From IMG/VR virus record IMGVR_UViG_3300045988_068817: a DNA stretch of 55,934 nt; one strand, written 5' to 3'. The notes beneath the pieces were generated by a model that worked only from the letters and a program-made list of their open reading frames with translations, searched no databases and was not told the DNA's origin. The stretch comes from a virus. Shown here one piece after another: positions 50,423 through 55,934 of this stretch (the stretch's first letter is position 1; each line of letters begins with the position of its first letter). A program made the position numbers and the translations under genes.

Positions 50423-51499
50423 TTAGTAAGCCTTGATGCAGTACACAGCGTCCATGCGCTCAAAGGACGGCAGGACGATTTCGGAGACGTAGATGTTGGT
50501 GTTGACAGGATGCACGGTCTGCTCGGTGGTAACAGCAACGCCAGTGTTCACAACGGAAACCTGTGCGTTGGAGATGCCAGCCATCAGGTCGGCTTCCTCA
50601 GGGGTGGCAACATAGTACATATTGCCAAGAGAGCCAGAAGGAGCCAGCACGACATAGCCATCAGGAAGATACTTTTCGGCAGCAGCGGTCTCCTCCGGCT
50701 TGTACATCTTGTCGTACAGATGGATACGAATACCGGATGCGGCTTCGACAACGGAACGTGCTTCGGAATCAACCAGCACAGCAGTGGTGGTCTTCATAAC
50801 CGTCAGGAACCGGTTCTTGATTTCATCCGCAGCAATCATCTTGTGGAAAGTGCTGGTGTTCATGTAGGCATCGGTGATAATCTCACCAGTGTTTGCCAGC
50901 ACGGTGTTTGCGGCAGTGGTCATCGTGGCGATGGGGGTTGCAGTAGTAGGAGCATCCCACTTCTCCTTGGTAGCCAGAGCCTTGTAATTGGACTGCTGCC
51001 AAGTGCCGTCAGGGTCGTAATCGTAGACGTAACTCACGCCATTGGATTCGATGGAGATGCCGGGCTTACCAGTCTTGGGAGCCAGAAGCTGCCACACCAT
51101 ACGCTCAGGAACGATGCGTGCGCCAGTGATAAGCTGTGCGGTATCATCGTAGACACGATTGATAACATCTGCCGCAAACTCCTGATTGGTAGCCAGAACA
51201 GAGATAATCTTGCGGCGGTCTTCCTCGTCAATGTGAGTGCCCTCGCGGAAGAACGGCATACTGGTCTCGGTCATTTTGATGCCCTGACGAGTACGGAACG
51301 TAGCCTTAGTGTCAAACACGCTAGGCTTCAGCGAAACGCCAACGCCCTTGTGACCACGCAGCCACTTCAGTTCCATGCTGACTTTCTTACGGGCAGGGAA
51401 CAGAGCATCAGAAGCATAGGGCTGCGCATTGGTCGGGTCATTCGTCCAGTAGGCGGCAATCGCAGCAGGGGAGAAGATTTCATTCAGATTCAGTGCCAT
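50423..51499 (-). CDS. Major capsid protein (lambda gpE-like family), 358 aa
   Basis: Starts MALNLNEIFSPAAIAAYW ... DALFPARKKVSMELKWLRG. Its size and the adjacent decoration-like gene also fit. Confidence 0.8.
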   Translation of the reverse strand: MALNLNEIFSPAAIAAYWTNDPTNAQPYASDALFPARKKVSMELKWLRGHKGVGVSLKPSVFDTKATFRTRQGIKMTETSMPFFREGTHIDEEDRRKIISVLATNQEFAADVINRVYDDTAQLITGARIVPERMVWQLLAPKTGKPGISIESNGVSYVYDYDPDGTWQQSNYKALATKEKWDAPTTATPIATMTTAANTVLANTGEIITDAYMNTSTFHKMIAADEIKNRFLTVMKTTTAVLVDSEARSVVEAASGIRIHLYDKMYKPEETAAAEKYLPDGYVVLAPSGSLGNMYYVATPEEADLMAGISNAQVSVVNTGVAVTTEQTVHPVNTNIYVSEIVLPSFERMDAVYCIKAY

Positions 51500-51512
51500 A
51501 ATTTAGTCCTCC

Positions 51513-51887
51513 TTACTCGCTCTTTGCGCCAACATCGGTACGGCAGAAAACGGCAGGAACAGCCTTTTTCAGAGCGGCAATATCGTTTGCAGAATAGGTA
51601 AAGCCGGACAGCTTTGCCTTGTCCACATCAATAACGCCCTGAATCAGCAATGCGCCATTGGGGTTGACGGCAGGATCAACAGTGTGCAGCAGAATGCCAA
51701 TGGCATCGGTAGCTGCATCAGCAGCACTGGTGCCAGTAGTGGCAGCAGCTTTCAGGCCAGTCTTTGCCATAGGATAACCAGCCGGAACAGCATTGGTCTC
51801 CTTGACGGTAAAGGGAATGGCAACGTAGGTATCAGCAGCCAGAATAGTGCTTTCAAGAGCCGATACCGGAGTATTGGTGTACTTCAT
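51513..51887 (-). CDS. Head decoration protein (gpD-like), 124 aa
   Basis: AIGILLHTVD ... ALLIQGVID pattern. Position between scaffold and capsid. Confidence 0.5.
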   Translation of the reverse strand: MKYTNTPVSALESTILAADTYVAIPFTVKETNAVPAGYPMAKTGLKAAATTGTSAADAATDAIGILLHTVDPAVNPNGALLIQGVIDVDKAKLSGFTYSANDIAALKKAVPAVFCRTDVGAKSE

Positions 51888-51897
51888 GTTTTCCTCC

Positions 51898-52482
51898 TTA
51901 ATGGAAAGCAGTCATTGCGTCACTCGATGCCTTGTTTGCGTCTGCGCGCTCTTTTGCAAAGCGTTTAGCAAAGGAAACACCTGCGCTATCTGCGCCGTCA
52001 CCATTGCCATCCGCACCAGGAGGCGTGGGCATATCCTTCAGCAGAGAAGCCTTGTATGCGGTGTCGTGGGCGGTCATAAACTCCGACTGGAACTTAAATA
52101 CCTTGTCCATGTCACCGTCAGCTAGTGCAGATGCAGCCTTGTTGGCGAGTTCAGCGTCATAACCCTGTGCAACGAACTTCTCACGGTAAGATGCAAGGGT
52201 CTTTTCCTTGACGAGATTCTCTTTGTCGGCAGTCAGGGCTTCAATCTGCTTCTGCATCTCTGCCAGCTTGTCAGCCTGTTCCTGTGCAGCATTCTCGTCA
52301 TCGGTGCGCTTTGCCTTGAGCTGCTTCTTGTACTCGGCAGCTTCGCCGTTGGCTTTCGTCACGGCGTTGCGCAGCTTCTCAACCTCTGCGTTAGGGTCTG
52401 CAACCTTTTCAAGCGCAGAGATGATTTCGTCGGCGGTCATGCCCTCTTTGTAGGCATCACCAAGCAACACATTGAGTTTCAT
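51898..52482 (-). CDS. Scaffolding protein (GP20-like coiled coil), 194 aa
   Basis: AGGAGGAA RBS. Charged coiled coil. Position. Confidence 0.65.
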   Translation of the reverse strand: MKLNVLLGDAYKEGMTADEIISALEKVADPNAEVEKLRNAVTKANGEAAEYKKQLKAKRTDDENAAQEQADKLAEMQKQIEALTADKENLVKEKTLASYREKFVAQGYDAELANKAASALADGDMDKVFKFQSEFMTAHDTAYKASLLKDMPTPPGADGNGDGADSAGVSFAKRFAKERADANKASSDAMTAFH

Positions 52483-52596
52483 ATCGTTAATTTCCTCCTG
52501 CGTTTTTTTACCGTTGCTTCCCTGCAACGCTGCGAAATTTGTATCCCGGCTTCCCTGTCGGAATATATCAGCCCGCTAATGCGGATTGATTCTGAA

Positions 52597-53247
52597 TTAT
52601 GCGCACAACAGATTGTGTGCGTTCGTCTTGGTAATGAAGTCTTTAACTGCGGTATATTCCCATCCGCAATCCACAAGGCCGCTTACCAAACATTCCATAG
52701 ACTGAATAGCCCGAAGCTCCTCTTGCGTAAAGCAATCGCGTAAATTATCAGATGCTTTGATTTGATATTTTTCACGAAGCTGTGCGGCATTCATTCCAAA
52801 CAAAACTTTATAAATGACATTGGTATATGTGGAATATGCGTGACCGTGCATCCGCTCATTTTCGGTGGACTGTTGCAAAGCCTTTGTAAGAGCTTGCCGA
52901 ACAGCAATGCCTTTTTCGCGTTCAATCAGCTTTCCGCGCAATGCGCTTTCCATTGCGTTAAACTGTTTGATGTACGCTTCCTTAAATCGCATTGCCAATT
53001 CGCCAGTGTATCCCATGACAAGAAGAGTGAATCCGTCACGAGTCATAACATACATATCTCGTTTCTTGCCCTGCGAATCATCATAAGAGGTCAATCCAAA
53101 ATTGGATTGACGAAACTCTTCACTGCATCCAAGTTCTCGAATATCGCGAAGAACATGAAAATGCTCTTTACTAAACGTCTCAGCGATATCTAAGCTGGAA
53201 ACAACGGTACGTTCTTCATGGTTGATTTTTGCGATTTCGACTAACAT
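52597..53247 (-). CDS. Rha-family regulatory protein inserted in the head module, 216 aa
   Basis: RTVVSSLDIAETFSKEHFHVLRDIREL ... YVMTRDGFTLLVMGYTG is pRha-like. Confidence 0.7.
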   Translation of the reverse strand: MLVEIAKINHEERTVVSSLDIAETFSKEHFHVLRDIRELGCSEEFRQSNFGLTSYDDSQGKKRDMYVMTRDGFTLLVMGYTGELAMRFKEAYIKQFNAMESALRGKLIEREKGIAVRQALTKALQQSTENERMHGHAYSTYTNVIYKVLFGMNAAQLREKYQIKASDNLRDCFTQEELRAIQSMECLVSGLVDCGWEYTAVKDFITKTNAHNLLCA

Positions 53248-53301
53248 TTCTATCCATCCTTCCTATTTGTGGATTTTGAATGTTCGGATATGTGCAAAGG
53301 G

Positions 53302-54816
53302 CTATTCGCCCTCTGTTTCTTTATTGGTATCGGCAGACTGTTTGTTTGCCATGTTCCCGGCATTTGTGTCGGCAGCGTCCTGTTTAGGCTGTTCCTGCGG
53401 CTTCGGTGCTTTCCCATCCTCTCCCAGCTTGCCAGCGGAAATCAGAAACGGCTTGCTCATTTCATAAGCAGCCTGCGGGTCAGGGAACAGGCCGGGCGTA
53501 GTGAACGCCAACTGCGGGTCAATGGTCTGCTGCAACATCTGTGCAAAAATCTGAACCTTGCTCTGCTGGTTGTCGTACTGGCGGCGGGGCAGTTTGATGT
53601 TGATGTCACTTGCCATCAGCTTAGAACCAGCCGTATCACGCAGGATTTTCAGCATTACAGACAGGCTTTGGCGTTCCGAGAACTTGAACATATTCTCGTA
53701 CTGCTGCGCCCTTGCTTCGGTATGGTTCCAGCCATTGCGAACGATGACTGCGCCCACGTTGTCGGACGTTGCGTTCTCGCTACCAGTGGCACTAGGCATA
53801 GCGGTCAGACTGCGATACACGTTCAACATGGAATCAAGCAAGGTCTGGCTCTGCTGCTGGTCAAGCTCGTTTGCAATCTGCGAAACAGACGCAGGCAGAC
53901 TAGAAGTGGATTTCAGGCACATTGCGCCAAGTTCTTTTACTTGATCGAGAGCATCCTTGTCCACAAGGCAGTTGGTAAACACCATGATGGACTGAATGAA
54001 CTGCGCCACACCGTCCAGACGGTTGCTTTCAAGGTCGTTGATGGCATCCAGAACAGGGATAGCCGGTTCAAACAAGCCCATGCGCTCCGGGTTGAGCTTG
54101 TATTCGACCATCGGCAGCATTCCAAGAGAATGGCTTTCCGACTTCGTAACCTTGCCGTTGTCGATTTCAAAGTACTGGTTCGGCGTGTACACGCAAATCA
54201 GGTCGTTCAGGTCGTTCTGATAATTGCGAGGAATGTGCAGCACGTTGGCGATGGGCTTATGCCCGATGCCGGAGTTGTAAATCACATACGCCATATCCGG
54301 GTCTGGAACATCTATCAGCAGGGGCGTTTCGTCCGGGTAGTTGCCGTTGTATCCCTTGTCAGGAAGAACAATGCGGTATCCCTGTCCGCACTCCAACATC
54401 CACTGCCAGAGCCGCCGATCAAGAGCATCCTTGCCCTCATACTGCAAAGCATTGGACAGGCGGGCGATTTCCTCACCGTCACCAGTTGCCGTTTCAGACC
54501 GCACATAAGAGCAGGGAGTGCCGCTCATATAGCCTGTGTAGAAGCCCACGCACTCGTTGGCATGGTTCTCTACAATGCGGTTGGTGATTTCAGCGTGGTA
54601 CTCCTTTGTGCGGTGGAGGACAGGCTGACTACCCAAGTAGTAGTTGTGCAGAAAACGAATCTCGTTCTTATTCAGCAGATGAATAGGCTCTGCCTTGCCC
54701 ATGACCACTTTCAGCACGTTCGTCTGATTGATCTCCGTCTCCGGCGTTTCAATCGGTCTACGTCCGGTCAGCGGGTCATTCAAGAAGCCGTTAATAACCA
54801 TCTGATACTCAGCCAT
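53302..54816 (-). CDS. Portal protein (SPP1 gp6-like), 504 aa
   Basis: GGAAAGGAGGAA RBS. Also supported by size, position and an acidic C-terminus. Confidence 0.85.
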   Translation of the reverse strand: MAEYQMVINGFLNDPLTGRRPIETPETEINQTNVLKVVMGKAEPIHLLNKNEIRFLHNYYLGSQPVLHRTKEYHAEITNRIVENHANECVGFYTGYMSGTPCSYVRSETATGDGEEIARLSNALQYEGKDALDRRLWQWMLECGQGYRIVLPDKGYNGNYPDETPLLIDVPDPDMAYVIYNSGIGHKPIANVLHIPRNYQNDLNDLICVYTPNQYFEIDNGKVTKSESHSLGMLPMVEYKLNPERMGLFEPAIPVLDAINDLESNRLDGVAQFIQSIMVFTNCLVDKDALDQVKELGAMCLKSTSSLPASVSQIANELDQQQSQTLLDSMLNVYRSLTAMPSATGSENATSDNVGAVIVRNGWNHTEARAQQYENMFKFSERQSLSVMLKILRDTAGSKLMASDINIKLPRRQYDNQQSKVQIFAQMLQQTIDPQLAFTTPGLFPDPQAAYEMSKPFLISAGKLGEDGKAPKPQEQPKQDAADTNAGNMANKQSADTNKETEGE

Positions 54817-54907
54817 GTGTTCCTCCTTTCCGGCAAAATAAAAAGCGCAGCAAGACAAACCTGTTAAGGTCTATCTCACTGCGCCAAAACTGCGCTTCAA
54901 AAGCTAT

Positions 54908-55090
54908 TTACTTTTCCGGTGGATGGATGATTTTCACCCATCCTTCCCTTGTGTCTCCTTCGATAACGCCCTTGCATCTGTCGCACTTGAAATGGTATCG
55001 TCCGTCTACTTCGCCAAGATAGCGGTTGCAGCGGACGTTTTTATAGATAGGGTTCTGCCTGATACAAGGGCAACAGATTCTAACTAGCAT
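54908..55090 (-). CDS. Cys-rich zinc-binding small protein, 60 aa
   Basis: AAAGGAG RBS. Contains CCPC and CDRC. Confidence 0.55.
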   Translation of the reverse strand: MLVRICCPCIRQNPIYKNVRCNRYLGEVDGRYHFKCDRCKGVIEGDTREGWVKIIHPPEK

Positions 55091-55259
55091 GAGCGCTCCT
55101 TTCGTTGGATTTCTGGAAACAGGCTGTTGAGCACAGACCTGTCAGAAGCTACTGGGAAACTGTTCGCACTTCCAGCCGTGCTATTCTTCGCCCGAAGAAA
55201 ACCATTGCAGCCTTTACATTCAGTTGTCGGACAGACGTAAAACGGGTAAGCTGCAATTT

Positions 55260-55337
55260 TGGTGCTGCATAATGGATTTGAACCAATGTATGTCCGGTTA
55301 TGAGCCGGATGCTCTAGCCTAACTGAGCTAATGCAAC
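55260..55337 (-). tRNA. tRNA-Met (anticodon CAT, CCA encoded). An elongator type, or possibly a lysidine-modified tRNA-Ile2.
   Basis: Cloverleaf folded by hand: acceptor GTTGCAT/ATGCAGC, D arm GCTC-AGTTAGGCTA-GAGC, anticodon arm TCCGG-CTCATAA-CCGGA, T arm ATTGG-TTCAAAT-CCATT. Confidence 0.85.
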
Positions 55338-55464
55338 ATAGAAACCCGGCTTGATTGGTTAACCGCTGCTCTTTGCAATGTCATGCCTAAACATTACATT
55401 GAGAGCCGGGAATAGCGGTGGAGGTTTTGGAGAATAAAGCCATGCAAAGCTAGGTAGTTGGTTG

Positions 55465-55545
55465 TGCTGCGTAACGGAATCGAACCGTTGCTTGCCAGCC
55501 GTGGGGGAGACAGGCTGGCATTCCCCTAACAATTGGAAACGCAAC
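55465..55545 (-). ncRNA. tRNA-like element with an expanded anticodon arm (81 nt, no encoded CCA)
   Basis: Acceptor GTTGCGT/ACGCAGC and T arm AACGG-TTCGATT-CCGTT are canonical. The anticodon arm is a 7-bp stem GCCAGCC/GGCTGGC with the 12-nt loop TGTCTCCCCCAC. The D arm is irregular. Confidence 0.55.
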
Positions 55546-55759
55546 ATATAAAGTCCGGTGAAGGTGAAAGAGTGAGAAAACCTCCACCGGTGAAAGGAGG
55601 AATATGCTTGTTGACACGCACGCGAGTAAAATGACAAAACCCCGCGTGCAAGCTATTCCTTTAAGGGAAGCTGCAAAACTTCCTGCGTACATTATAAGCC
55701 TTGTCAAGTGGTGAAATCAAATAAATAGACCCAGCGAACACAATATATTGTGTTTTTAA

Positions 55760-55934
55760 TCAAAATGGCCTCTTGACAGGCTCAATTTTACTGATTCCGT
55801 TGTACAGTTCATCGGCAAGCTGTGCCAGACTGTCCGGTGCATCATCGTGCGGAACTTTTCCAAGCTGCGTGAACATCGTCACCTGTTCCATGAACGCCTT
55901 GTACTCTTTCGACTGGTGTTTTTCGTCAAGGAAA
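55760..55934 (-). CDS. terL: Terminase large subunit, C-terminal end (75 nt redundant with 1..75 plus 100 unique nt, stop TGA at 55760-55762)
   Basis: The frame continues from base 1 across the junction: ...TQLGKVPHDDAPDSLAQLADELYNGISKIEPVKRPF*. Confidence 0.88.
   Translation of the reverse strand, partial: FLDEKHQSKEYKAFMEQVTMFTQLGKVPHDDAPDSLAQLADELYNGISKIEPVKRPF
55860..55934. repeat. Terminal direct repeat copy B, identical to 1..75
   Basis: Same 75-nt string as the window start. Confidence 0.95.

Noticed and set aside
34487-54867. Long plus-strand ORFs lie opposite the structural and accessory genes: 53269..54867 (532 aa), 50510..51601 (363 aa), 41137..42339 (400 aa), 39374..40477 (367 aa), 34487..35461 (324 aa) and 44140..44910.
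   Set aside because: They are exactly antisense to genes with recognisable products or with proper RBSs (portal, capsid, tail, tape measure). They lack RBSs and are rich in Arg, Leu, Val, Cys and His in low-complexity patterns typical of shadow frames.
55260-55545. The tRNA genes were considered as a possible attP/integration core.
   Set aside because: No tyrosine or large serine integrase is present. The tRNA-Met is complete with its own CCA, and both elements sit inside the late operon between terL and portal, which is typical of phage-encoded tRNAs.

Overview
This window is a complete, circularly closed phage genome. Bases 1-75 are identical to 55860-55934, so the unique length is about 55.86 kb. 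It looks like a temperate siphovirus-type phage of a Firmicutes/Clostridia-like host. It also carries a full plasmid maintenance module, which makes it a phage-plasmid candidate. Most genes are on the minus strand. In transcription order they are: a lambda-like immunity switch (cI-like and cro-like genes with four GTACAG-N4-CTGTAC operators); early and recombination genes (Rha/KilAC antirepressor, Sak4-like ATPase, SSB-like protein, RecU-like nuclease, MazG-like protein, a rearranged C5 methyltransferase locus, a TerS-like protein); replication genes (replisome-organizer-like protein, DnaB helicase, a field of ATAGTCG iterons); terL, which crosses the window junction and is interrupted by a 334-codon intein; tRNA-Met and an aberrant tRNA-like element; then portal, scaffold, decoration, capsid, connectors, tail, tape measure (with a G/T -1 frameshift), tail tip and fibre proteins, XkdX, a GH25 endolysin and holin-like proteins. 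The plus-strand islands hold a RepB-type initiator with 21-22 bp iterons, ParA, an RHH centromere-binding-like protein, a Bro-N/RHH fusion, an antirepressor operon, and a promoter-to-terminator cargo cassette flanked by GC-rich non-coding DNA. There is no tyrosine integrase, only one small serine recombinase. The most notable observations are: (1) a class-3-like intein in the TerL P-loop; (2) twenty consecutive 10-bp-phased AAGCC decamers inside the RHH partition gene; (3) a circularly permuted, split C5-MTase whose two ORFs overlap by 440 nt; (4) a non-canonical tRNA-like element; (5) an unannotatable Cys-rich, low-complexity gene cluster behind a candidate small RNA or leader. All functional calls come from reading motifs by eye. 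No database or HMM search was possible.
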